A stretch of 64,000 nucleotides of DNA from Tubiluchus corallicola (taxonomy: Eukaryota > Animalia > Priapulida): the NCBI GenBank assembly GCA_030141605.1, contig JAQGDQ010000463.1, positions 62,001-126,000 of the forward strand, given 5' to 3'. Below are positions 52,586 to 64,000 of the stretch, one piece after another (position 1 is the first letter of the stretch; each line of letters starts with the position of its first letter). The notes below the pieces were generated by a model that saw only the letters and a list, made by a program, of their open reading frames with translations, searched no databases and had not been told where the DNA came from. A program made the translations under genes and the position numbers.

Positions 52586-52633
52586 GTGGTTAAGCAATGC
52601 TTAGGTTGGACAGTATCTGGATGGGTGACTATT
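52586..52633 (+). mobile_element. 5S rRNA-derived fragment (SINE3-like)
   Basis: GTTAAGCAATGCTTAGGTTGGACAGTATCTGGATGGGTGAC resembles the 5S internal control region GCTAAGCAGGGTCGGGCCTGGTTAGTACTTGGATGGGAGAC. Confidence 0.55.
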
Positions 52634-53749
52634 GAGTTAAATACTAGCTTTGAGCAGCTTTATTCACTTTGCTCATTTTGGTTGTTAGCCTGTTTCAGAA
52701 ATGATGTCCTTGTAGCCCAATATGGTCAATACACTTCGTTTTAGGGCACTAATCTTAATAATGAGATAGGTTCCAAGTCCCAATGGAAAAAATTCACAGT
52801 AAGTAGTCCTTGAAACTTTTACTATCTAATGTCACTTAAAAATGTTGGCAGGCTAAAGAATTTGTTGTAAGATCAATTTTGTTATCTCTAAAAAAATTCA
52901 AATATCCATTTTCCTTATGCAATTGACAAAATTGTAACCTAGTCATTGCTTGCTATGATGAATGGTAGAAACTGAACTACAGATGATTTTTAAACGATTT
53001 CAGATCAGTGCTACTATGAAGCTGCAAGATTAATTTAGAACATTGTTCCAACAAATGATTATAAAACAACTTAGTTTACCTCGCACCAAAGAGACTGTGC
53101 TCATGTCCAACAGACATCGATGCCCAACACTTGTCAAATCAGTTTTGTTGAGGTGGGTAGAACCAAACGCTGTTCTGTTGCTTCTTTAAAACAGCTTCAC
53201 AAATCTTTGGGTTACTTTCAAACAGAGCCTTGGGCAGCCACTGGTGGTTATATTCTGGCAAATAATTGGCCTGGCAATAACAGCTCTGTTATCCGTTGCA
53301 TCACTGGTTCCTGAAAATAACCAATTTTAATGGATGACAAAGCACATAATGAAACTGATTTCATTTGCCACCATTGCAAAGAGTAAAAGTCTATAGGGAG
53401 CAGTAATAAAAAATCTAAAATTTATACATGCAGTAATAGGTTCCACCTATTATTATTGTACATAATTTGATGAGTTTGGCAGTATGCTACTAGCTAATCA
53501 CGTAGTTTGCTTATTATGATATTAGCATGCTGCCGTTACTATACACAACAAGTTTATTACATTAGGTATGCTACAAAAAGCAAATTTTGGTGCATGTAGT
53601 CTTTCATATTTTTACTAACTAACAGTGTTTCTGAATAACCTTGGAAATTTGACTTAAATGACAGAAATCAAATTCCTAGAAAAATTAAACATTTGTTGCT
53701 GGTATCTTTGACACCTTCTCTGAAGCATCAATGTAATCTGCACCTTAAA

Positions 53750-53774
53750 ATAATAATAATAATAATAATAATAA

Positions 53775-53868
<94 letters not shown>

Positions 53869-53895
53869 TAATATTAATAAAAATAATAATAAAAT
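53750..53895. repeat. (TAA)n(TAG)n(TAA)n microsatellite
   Basis: Directly visible. Confidence 0.95.
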
Positions 53896-54497
53896 AATAA
53901 CTGATACAAAGTCAAGCCATTTTTCATAACAACATTTAAACAAACTATTATTTTCCAGGTGCTAGAAAAAGGTAACTAGGTTAGTGCATATTAAAATTAT
54001 CTAACTATAAGAAACCACTCAACACTACTCATGAAAACTTACCATATTTTCAATGGTGCTAATAAAAAGCAAAAAAGAATATGTTAGTATTTCTTACAAT
54101 TATTTTAAATTTCACATTAATGCACTGATTAAGTTTCATGTTATTTATAACATTAATATGCATATAACGATTAATATAGTAAAATGCCTTTAAGAGACTA
54201 TCTACATAGCAACTCAGCTGCCAAAATTTATGCAGGTTTTTAAGCTAAACAGACAATAGTAAATGTCATATTTACCAATTTCAGCTTCCACTTCTCTTAG
54301 GCCAAAACCAAAGTTTCATCTGCAAGCAAAGGCGAAGTGCCAACAGCAGAAATTTACCTGGGTGCCACAGGCTCCGATGCAACACCCTTGGTTATTGTAG
54401 TCTCATGATGTGTGACTGCCTATATAAGAATAAAGATGCAGTTTTTATGCTAAGTTACAAGAAGCCCGAGAAAAAATTCCAGCACTTATAATAAGCA

Positions 54498-54601
54498 GCT
54501 AGCTAAGGATGAGGTCAACACTAGTCACTCACTTCTTTCTTCTCCTCCTGCTAGCTAAGGATGAGGTCAACACTAGTCACTCACTTCTTTCTTCTCCTCC
54601 T
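54498..54601. repeat. Perfect 52-bp tandem duplication
   Basis: GCTAGCTAAGGATGAGGTCAACACTAGTCACTCACTTCTTTCTTCTCCTCCT at 54498 and 54550. Confidence 0.95.
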
Positions 54602-56619
54602 CTCTACCTATCCTTTTTTTCTACTTCATCCATTACGAGCAGAAAGTGTCTGATTTTGTTTGCTGTAAGTTCATCAGCTTCTTTGGCCGTGATTTCATTT
54701 TGACCTAAAAGAAATAGACTTGTCATTCATGATTTTCCAAAAAATCACTCTGTTAACAACTAAAATAAATAATAAAGCATCTCACTTTGAAAAAGTTAAG
54801 AAACACATCAGTTTAATGAAATAGTATGTGTGCCATAATAGGTGAGAAATACATAAAAGATATTAAATCCCAAGTTTTGTTAATTTTTGAAATGCAAAAA
54901 TGTTCATGCACACAATAAATCAGTATATGTCATAATCACAATTACAAAATCAATACAGTCTAGAATACATAATTTAAAATAAAAACCTATGTTCACATTA
55001 CCTAGTATGCCTATCAATTGTAAGCTAGTTCACTATGTACGCAGCATAAAACACATCATTCTGCAGAAGCCATAAGAATGTTTGGCCTTCATATCTGCCA
55101 AAATGAATTCTCATGCAGCTCAACACCTATTCTCTGTTGGCAGGATCACCACCTTCCTCTAGAACTTGCCTTTCAGCAAGAACTTCTGCCACACGTAAGT
55201 CTGGTATTGATGTTGCACGTGGCTATTGCCTACGCTTCTTTTCATAGGATCATGCAACACTAGTAGCATAGAAGTTTAGTCAAGGTAGAGATGGTAGTTT
55301 GGGACTCTAAAAACACACAACGTACTACCTTTTTAGATGTAAGACAAAATGACAATAATAATAATAAGAAGAATAGTGTTACGAGCGGTGTTATGTCACC
55401 TCCGCAGTTGATTACATCTCTTGATGTGGTACCTATCTGAAATTTTGCTACCCTTCCCTTTAAATAATGCAGTGTTAGAAATTTTCCTGCAACTTGCAAT
55501 TTTCTTACGCAAGAGGTAAATTGGCTTTAAATTTGATAAATTTGTTTAAAGGCACTGTAATTTAATTTTCTTGTGTTTTTTCTCAAAAATAAGCTGAATC
55601 AATTAATAGTGCTTAATAGGCAATATTTTCTGCTAAGATTAAATTTTTTGTTATAATCACGAAATGTAAACGTCACTTTGCTTTTCTATTTTTTATTAAT
55701 AAACAAAATAAGGAGAATACACCAAGCAAATGTGTATTTTTTCCTTCAAATACTGGGTTCTTGCAATAATTAAAAAAATTGTATGAGCTTTTTGAATGCC
55801 AGTTAGACTAGTTATAAGGAAAGCCAGTTAGTTGAAATGCTTAAATAGAATAGTAATGTGACTCTGCATATTAGTATAACTACTAGTGTCGTAATTTCAC
55901 TGGCTTACCACAATGCCAAGCAGAAACCCGAGTGCATGCTGTACAAAACTCTAATACACTTTTTAACATGCTATAAAAACGCTCCTATTATGTCAGAATC
56001 ACTTAAAAGAAGGGAACAGGTACCTATAACAATCATGTAAATAGAGTGCAGTTTGTGTCCCCATGCTTCATCAGCCAGCAGAGGCTCAATGTCAAATCGC
56101 ACTGCTCAGTGATTGGTACACTAGCACTCAATTTCAGGTGCTCAAATTCATATGCTGCTTGGTGATTGGTCAATGAGTGCTCAGTTTGCTCACATATTGA
56201 GAGTCTTACAGCTTGGCACCAGTGCTACCAGTCAACATGCAGAGTAAGCTTGAGATTTCCTCCTTGTAGCTCAATATCCAACAGCGCCACCTGTACCCAA
56301 GACAGAAGGGCGACCCTTACGGTATCAATATATTCCCAAATTAGCTGGCAACTAATGATATCATTAATTAATTCTTACTGCAATTGACAGAATTGCAGTT
56401 TATCTCTTTTGGATTTTTCTTTTTTGTGCATCTGATTGTCGCTTACTGAAATTGCAGTGTATTGAAAATTCCTCAGACAAAAAAAATTGATCGCATAACT
56501 TCAGTTTGACTTGGTGACACTGACTGTTGCCTGTGCACTTCTGCATGGAATCTAAGCTTTGGTTGCTTTTGTACAAAATGCATGAATGGTGCTGCCCCAA
56601 AGTTCACTCGAAAACAGTT

Positions 56620-57500
56620 CAAACGTAATCTTATTCAAACTCTAGCACATAGAGTATATTGAATTTCATCAATCTATCACAAATGTCATGAAGAAATCAA
56701 TACCATAAAAACCTTTTTAATTTCTAATAGGTTTCCAACGTGGCTAACTGACTTAACAATCAAAAAATATCTTGATAAAGTTTTTTCCAAAAAAATCGGC
56801 ATACATTCTGTTTCCATAAAATAGTATATTTACCCATACAGTTTATTGGGCCTCAGTCTTCGCAAGTGAAAAACAAAATCTGTCACATTGTGAAACAACT
56901 GTTCCCACATATTCAGCTACGTATTGTGTTAAACCTGGCAATAATTTAGGCTCTTTCTTCCCATTTAAAGACAAAATACCCACAGTATTACAGTCTGGTA
57001 TTATTTATAGATTTCAGTGCAGCAGCTGCAATGCTGCTTATCATGGCAAAACATCCAGACACATTAAAGTAAACGTTTATGAACATTTGGTTATTTCACT
57101 TAGAACTGGCAAAAATTAAAAAAATCTCCTCAATCCAGCATTAATGACCATGTTTGTGCCTCCGGCCACAAAGATGATTTTAATAATTTCAGCTTTGTCA
57201 CCAGAGCTACAAGTAACTGGGACCCCAATAAACTTTCTCTTAATGTACAAAGCAGTTCAATTCCTTTAACTTTATTTTCAAACACTTAGTTATTTGTTAC
57301 TGCATCAGTTTCTTTTTCTTCAGGTCTGGTTAATCATTACTTATTTGGCTTTTGGAAATACAAAATTAGTGCATAATAGGCTCTGCCTATATAAACTGGT
57401 TGTATGTTTGTAAAATTTACCTCCGATGATGACAGCAGTAATCTGTTGAAATGTTTGGCATGATTTTTCACTATGTAAAGTAAAAATTATTTAATAAACT
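56620..57500 (+). mobile_element. Penelope-like element 3' part: GIY-YIG endonuclease and terminal repeat
   Basis: FFPFKDKIP...SGIIYRFQCSSCNAAYHGKTSRHIKVNVYEH. Degenerate hammerhead CCGATGA-T-GACAG-n7-CTGTT-GAAATGT at 57423-57454, then AATAAA. Confidence 0.88.
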
Positions 57501-57829
57501 TATGTTGTTTTAAATAGACTTGTTTTAATTTTTGATTTGTGCCTGTAATTTTATTGTATTTCTTTAACTATGTAAAATATTGGCCGATGAGCCATTACGG
57601 GAAGTGAAGCTAAGATAATAATAATAATAATAATAATATAATAATAATAATATAATGAATATTATTATTATTATTATTATTATTATTGTTATATTGCATC
57701 ACAAAGCATGCTCACTGTGGGTTAACACTAACTAAGTGCAATTTTCATTTCTTTGAGAAAAACAATGATTCTGAGTTTACAGTCGGGTCAATCCTTCATT
57801 AAGCAAACTTGGTATGAGACCCGTCAAGA

Positions 57830-58230
57830 CAATATTCTATCTGCACAGTAGAGAAACTTCAATGAAGAACGACCAAGCAGATTTCATTTGTGAGTAAACT
57901 GACTTATTCACAAAAGATCCAAGAACTCAGTCTTAGGACACTTAAGTATAGGCACATGAGGCGGGACATTATACAAAGGATATATTTCAGGATTCTGCAC
58001 AGTATTGACAAAATGCATATGGGCGATTATGTTACAAATATCAACAGACAAGAAGCCTACATATCAACTAATTAAGCATTGTATCCAGGCAGTGGTACAA
58101 AATGTTGGCACGTATTTTCATTCAGCGTTGTCGATCTATGGAACAAGCTCTCAGCCAATGTTGTTGAGGTAACAAGCACCGACAAATTTTAGGCATGTCT
58201 TGATAAGCACTTTAAAATCCACTTAAATTC
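57830..58230 (+). mobile_element. CR1 LINE 3' end
   Basis: EKLQ.RTTK, LTYSQKIQELSLRTLKYRHMRRDI and VVDLWNKL. Confidence 0.75.
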
Positions 58231-58699
58231 ATAGATGCCATGTTAGCTGAATGGGAACGAAATGTTCTAAAGGCATGACCTTGCATACCACTATACAATT
58301 TCTCAGTTACAGCAATTTTAGTAAAGTGGAATGGCAAGTAGCACAAGTGGAATAGCAGTAGATTAATAACTCATCTTTGGATTACTGATTATGAAATATG
58401 ATTAATTCATTCATCTTCACAAGTCCCTTTCAGCGCGGAGCTACCCACTTGGGAGTGCATAGTTACACCACTGATATGTTGTTTCATTTACCCTATATGA
58501 CCCTCGTTTAAGCAGTCACTGATTTTGATTAAGTAAGGAAATTTAATAATAGAATAATTAACAAAGTCCTACATTTATTAGGGATTGATTTATATAACAT
58601 TTTTAGTTCATGATGATATTTTTACAATTGCTAAATTGTACAAATATAATTAATTTATGTAATTATTACGTTATGTGCATGCAAAATAAAACCGTACCA

Positions 58700-59300
58700 A
58701 GTGTTACCATACTCTGCTGTGATGAAGTCAAACTTCTAAGTGTTGAGATTGATTATCTTTTAAATTTTGATAAACATATTTCTAGCATATGCATTTCAGC
58801 CTCAAACCAAATAAATACTCTAAAACGTATTGGAAAATACATAAATCTAAATTGCATAAAAGCAATATTGCATTCATTAATAATGTCGATTTTTAATTTT
58901 TGTACACTTGTGTAGAAATATTACAGTGCGAGAAATCAGGATAAACTTGAAAGTGGTCATTATAGGGTGCTTACATTTGTTTATAGCAATTTTAACAGTT
59001 TGTACGAGGACCTACAAAAGACGTGACACTAGTTCATTAAATATACAATTACATACTTGGAAACTTTTAAAATACTTAATGGTGACTGTCCATCGCATAT
59101 GTTACAACTCATTAAAAGCAAAGAATAGGTATATAGTTATAGATACACAAGTATGTTAGACATGCCAAAAGTAAGAACTAAAAATATGGTTAAAATAGGT
59201 TTTGAAGTTCTAGTGTAAAAATGTGGAATCAATTACTTGAGCACGAGAGAGTTGGTTCAAATGATCATTTTAATGTTTTTAAGAAACTTTGCTGATGTGG
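58700..59300 (+). mobile_element. CR1/L2-type LINE 3' portion
   Basis: VKLLSVEIDYLLNFDKHISSIC...SIFNFCTLV. Confidence 0.75.
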
Positions 59301-60519
59301 AATGGATAGTCTTGCAGATGTTGTCGTTCTAATAATGTGTAATGCTCTGCTAAATTTTTGTCTGCATTGCTTACCTGTATAATACCTGTGTATGCTGGGC
59401 AGTTTACACTTACGTAATTTTAGTTAGGCTTTATTTTGAACGTCAAATTAACTTTTTTTTATTTTTTCATTTACAGAGATAAATATTTTTAATGGTATAT
59501 CTTCATATTGTATTTCTTATGCATTCTTTAAGTCGGTTGTAAAGGCTTCGTAGCTTATGTTTATTATTGTGCGAACCAACTTAAAATATACTCTGCTGTA
59601 CTCTGATTACATATATATTATATAATTATGAAGTAGGTGGAGTAAGTACGACACATTGGCAATTTTAAATATAAATTTTTTACACCAAATGCACCGTCAC
59701 ACCATCCTGCGTATACTAATATTAGCCACAGGGGTATCATTATAATCTAGGACAAAAATTATTAAAAGTTTACAGTCGTGCACCCACGCGCTGACAAAAT
59801 GGAAATCTAGGCACAGAAATAATACTGTCCACTAAAAAACGTTCTGTTTGATATTTTTTCTATAATTAATATGAACTTTATGATTATCCACTATAGTGTA
59901 GTTGTGTTGTCAGTAGTCACGAGTCCTGACAGTAGACGTTTACGCAATTACCAGGCATATCTAATTCAATGGCTAACGCACGTGATTGCTGCTTGGGGAA
60001 CCGCTCTCAGACGTTGCTAGTTCCTCGAATAATTATTGTCGTCTCATGGTAACTAATATAAAAAGTTATACACACTTGAGCACGCTATGTGTTCAAATGC
60101 GCAAACAAAAACTACGCATATCAAGGACATAATCATTGAAACAGACTTTATTGATTATACTGTACTACTGGTATACACGAAATTTTCCCTTCATGTTTGT
60201 AGGTTCCTTGTCCATTGCTCTTGAAAATGTACACCATATTTTGAAACACCATATCATCTTCATTGGTTAACATTTTTATGAAATACTGTTGGGTGGCAAC
60301 TAGTAAATATCTGAAAGGAAGCAAGTCCAAGTCAGTTATACTGCTGGCCTCAGACATAGCACAATACCCACCTTATGCACTGTTACATAAAAGCTTTGAG
60401 ATCGAGCTTTTTTTAACGAATCAACGGTACAGCACAACAAGATGCATAGCCATAAAATGACCAGCATAAAGACTGTAGACTTCAAAACTTACAAAGCCAG
60501 TTGCTTGTCAGCACCACTT

Positions 60520-61140
60520 CTGATATCAAGGCAGAGGAATGGACAATTAAAATCAAAAGAAGATTAAGATAGATAGGACAAACAGAAACCAACAGGCAAT
60601 GCATACTTTTCCCCAGAACAAGAATGTGTTAACTAGCAAGAAATTAGGTTTTGAAGTAAGACTTCGATTATCTAATGTTTACGTTACCAGCATACAGTAT
60701 TTATGTACAACAGTGAAACTTGGGGTTTAACGATTACTCAACAAAAGCAGATTGACACATTTCTTAGAAGCCTTCTTAGGAAAGTTTTAAAGATAAGATG
60801 GCCATATATAATCAAAAATGAAGATTTATATGCTAGAACTAAAGAAATTCCTTGGAGTTCAAAAGTCAAGTTCCGAAGATTAAGATGGCTACGACACCTT
60901 CTCAGATTACCAAGTGAAACCCCAATAAGAACTGCCTTAAAGGAAGCCCTAAAACCTTGCAAAAAACCACCTGGTAAACCTAAAACAGCTTGGATAGCTA
61001 AGATAAATAAAGATGTTCAACAACTTCAACCAAATCTATCTTTAGCAGTAGAAGAACTTATGCTGTTAGATGCAGATAAAAGTGGGTGAAATGCTCTAAT
61101 AAATGTTGGTATCTCAATGCCTCAGAAGGTGTAATGAGAT
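60520..61140 (+). mobile_element. RTE-type LINE 3' end
   Basis: MYNSETWGLT...LRKVLKIRWP..IKNEDLY...RRLRWLRHLLR...GKPKTAW. Confidence 0.85.
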
Positions 61141-61879
61141 TTTGAAGAATAAACAGAAGAACTCTGCACGTGGCGATACATGTTAAAAATGCCACATTTT
61201 AATTATTTTCATGAATGAAAAGTTTTTTTGTGTTAAAATGTGATTTCTTGTAATTCAGTTTAATGCCATATGTGTGTTTTAATACCACGTAGAAACACGA
61301 CACCAAAACTTACATTCTTTCACATATGGTACTGAAATAGTGTAACGGACGAGGTAAGCTAAGCATGCGACAACTTGTTGGTGAAACATGCTGTCTGCTT
61401 TATTAGATTTATTGAGCCAGTTTAGTCAATGTATATATTATTATTGTGTTTTATTGTGTATTGTATTGACGATTATACCCTATGTGCGGGATTTTGTCTG
61501 TGTAGTTTTTTCTTCATTGTAATGTATTGTATTGTTTATGTAATGTTTTGTAGCTTGTAATTGCACCTGTAATTGTATGGCTTGTAAATCATTATATAAA
61601 CAGAGACAGCAATTCAAATTTGACATACAGAAAAATAATTACCAAATTAAACAAGTACATTAAAGTCAAAGCCCTTGACACCTCATAGAGATTGCAAAGA
61701 CAAAATCCTTGAGTCTAAGCGAGAATTATATTGAAGACTCTGTACTATGAATGGGGACAAGGCAGGTAATCTACTCAAAGTAAAACACAGAACATTTAAA
61801 ACACATCAACAGTCAAACGGAAACATTTAAGAAGCTTACAACTAAGAAAAAGATGAATCTTTTGGTCCATCCCAGGAAA

Positions 61880-62400
61880 AATCTTCTGGGAAACCCACAT
61901 GGCCTTGCCCCTTTTACAGGATACCTGATCACTGGCCGACAAATCCAACAGAGTTACCACTTTAGATGATAGACTACAAAAATTAAGTGCATCGTTAAAG
62001 TGTTACAAATGTTTATATGGCAGCCATCCTGCTGAAACTTGTATTCATGTTTGCAAATGTTTTTACTGTAAACGTGGTGCTCACAACTCTGCACCTTGTT
62101 CCCATCAAATTTAAAGCAAACAGAAATTCGTTAAATCCGAAAGATAACTACAAAGGCCAAAAACATAAGGACAAAGATCAAAACACACCAAAACAAAACA
62201 CACCCCGCATGTTTCTCGTGATGAACAAATATTAGGTTGTTTTGAATCTGAAGGTCCAGTTATTCTACAAACTGCACTGGCAACTCTCTCTGCCAGTGAT
62301 GGCACACATTCTATATGCAAACAGAAATGTATTATATTTGGTTGCGGAAGTTAACGCACGTTTTGTACCAGAGAACTTGCTAGCAAACTCAATTTAAAGT
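61880..62400 (+). mobile_element. BEL/Pao gag zinc knuckles and aspartic protease remnant
   Basis: CYKCLYGSHPAETC and CFYCKRGAHNSAPC, then VILQTA...LFGCGS.RTFCTRELASKLNL. Confidence 0.8.
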
Positions 62401-62999
62401 TGTCCTTATCAGGATCATTTTACATACGATCACTTTAGGGAGCCAGCACTCAGTTTGTTGATGCACTCTGCTTCCGCCTCTGCCTCTGGTTACATTATTA
62501 TAGGTGAAGTCTCACTTTCCCAGCCAAGTTATAAGGAGTTGGCGCTGCAATCGCGAAGTGATATGTTGACTTTTTTGAGTTCACTAAAGTTTTGCAAATT
62601 TTTGCAAAAGTAAAAGGACACTCTGTTTTATAGAAATAAGTGAAAAGCGTTCGGAAAGTAAAATCTATAATTAGACATTGAAATATTCATCAAAAATTTA
62701 GTGCGACATGACAGTTACTCGACGTCGAAAAATTTTCCGCCATTAATGCCTGTTTATTATTGTGATTCCTAACCAGCTCTGAGATTTCAGCATTTCAAAT
62801 ACGTTTATTTAGTGCCAACGAACTCTATTTCGAGCTGACGTAGTTGAGTTCCATTCAAGTTGCAATTAGTGGCACAACGAGTATTCGTGATTTTTGAATA
62901 ATCAGTGCCTGGTTTAACAGACCGAAGTTTCTGGTCAGTTCATTCCATATTGTTTATGCTTCGAAATTGCTAGGTTAAACAGAAACTAAAATCAGCTCA

Positions 63000-64000
63000 G
63001 TTTCTGCACATGCCAGCAAATTCAAATCCAACACTAAACCTATGAAAAAAAAACAACACAGAACAAAATCTAGTACTGAAGTAGATCACGTAGCCGAAGT
63101 TGTCCCAAACAATAGATCAATAACCCGACACATCAGCTAAACGTGTCACATGCCCCAAATGTAAAACCGCAGTTAAAGATGATGACAAAGGTGTATCGTG
63201 TGAAATATGCGAAAGATGGTTCCACACTTCATGTGTTAGTGTGAGCGATACATTGTGTGATGTACTGATGAATGGTGAGAATGAAATCCATTGGTACTGT
63301 ACTTACTGCAACAGTGCAGCCCTACAATTGAAATAGGATATCATAAATTTGCAGTCTGAGTTTGGGAAAATTGAAACTGACCAGAACAAGGTAACAGATA
63401 AGGTTACAGCAATTGATGAAAAGCTGGAGGCTTTTAGTAAAAATGGTAACTCAAAAATAAATGCTATAGAAAAGAAAATCTACCATAGAGGTAACCTGAG
63501 TGGCAGTGAAGTCGATAACCTATTTGAAGATTTTAATGAACGAATGCAAAAAAGGCAGAAAAAGAGTAGCATCATAATACATGGCTTACATCAGTTGCAG
63601 ACAGTCAGTGGTATGAGCAATGAGTTCAAAATACATTGAACATAAATGTCAAAATCATGGAATCAATGCCTCTAAAGGTAGCGCCTATGGTGACATCTGC
63701 ATCTACAGGACCAGTTAGGATCCGTCTTTCACATCCTGGCCAAAAATGGCAAGTGTTAAAGGCTGCTAAAGATTTACATAAAAAGCCGGGGTGTAAGAAT
63801 GTTTATGTAAATCCTGATCTCACTTGGCGTGAACCGAGGAAAACAAAAAGCTAGTCAGTGAACTAAAGTCAAGAAGGGCCAAAGGAGAAATTGTTAAAAT
63901 ACATAAAAATCAAATAGTCAGCATCGATGAAGACAATAGTACGCACTCTCCTAAAGTATATTCTTCTGACCAGCATTCTGCAGTCATACAGCAACAAAAT
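63000..64000 (+). mobile_element. LINE ORF1 with PHD finger, coiled coil and RRM/CTD (CR1-type), disrupted; runs off the window
   Basis: CPKC...CEICERWFHTSC...WYCTYC, then SIIIHGL, GPVRIRL and VYVNPDLT. Confidence 0.85.

Larger units (their letters stand above)
52090..55260 (-). pseudogene. Spliced DUF6729-type (Dada-like) DDE transposase pseudogene
   Basis: Exon remnants in order: GGDP...HFGRYEGQTFLWLLQND (donor 55002); ELTANK (acceptor 54704); WLPKALF...VWFYPPQ and QVLGID (53310-53080); VIRKLAGAATGTSVWSTNVGIEHGKILMSVLT and PPRLLCIDLDCC...LDVWHLM...CSTESHLLHKLFM...CIFE (from 52492). Family assigned from memory of these motifs. Confidence 0.75.

Noticed and set aside
52586-52633. 5S rRNA gene
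   Set aside because: Only about 45 diverged nt of the internal control region are present.
53693-53943. Poly-Ile/Val/Thr ORFs (likewise 159..446 and 14369..14743)
   Set aside because: Microsatellite translations.
56282-56300. CTCF-like core CAGCGCCACCTG (and GCCATCTG at about 13777)
   Set aside because: Partial matches in repeat-derived context; expected by chance or from TE ends.
57626-57690. Inverted (TAA)n/(TTA)n palindrome
   Set aside because: Most simply two abutting retroelement tails or a microsatellite inversion; no further structure.
63140-63320. Host PHD-finger gene
   Set aside because: Followed by coiled-coil and RRM/CTD motifs typical of LINE ORF1; intronless and disrupted.

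Overview
AT-rich metazoan (invertebrate-type) genomic DNA, not prokaryotic. The only recognisable host gene is the 5' coding exon of an NR5A (FTZ-F1/SF-1/LRH-1) nuclear receptor on the minus strand (2938-2446). The gene continues beyond the left edge of the window. Roughly 3-10 kb is a TE-poor upstream region with clustered PRDM1/Blimp-1(IRF)-type and NR5A-type motifs. From about 10 kb to the end the window is a gene-free graveyard of decayed mobile elements. These include CR1/L2- and RTE-type LINEs (one nearly full length and nested in another), Copia, Gypsy (with both LTRs), BEL/Pao, Penelope (GIY-YIG), hAT and other MITEs, a piggyBac-like remnant, tRNA- and 5S-derived SINE-like fragments, a 41-bp minisatellite and a spliced DUF6729/Dada-type transposase pseudogene. 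The most interesting signals are the candidate Blimp-1/NR5A regulatory wiring upstream of NR5A, an inverted pair of hammerhead-like motifs forming a long hairpin in the NR5A intron, an HDV-like ribozyme remnant at an RTE 5' end, and the intron-containing Dada-like gene. All calls are by eye; no database searches were run, and most element boundaries are approximate.
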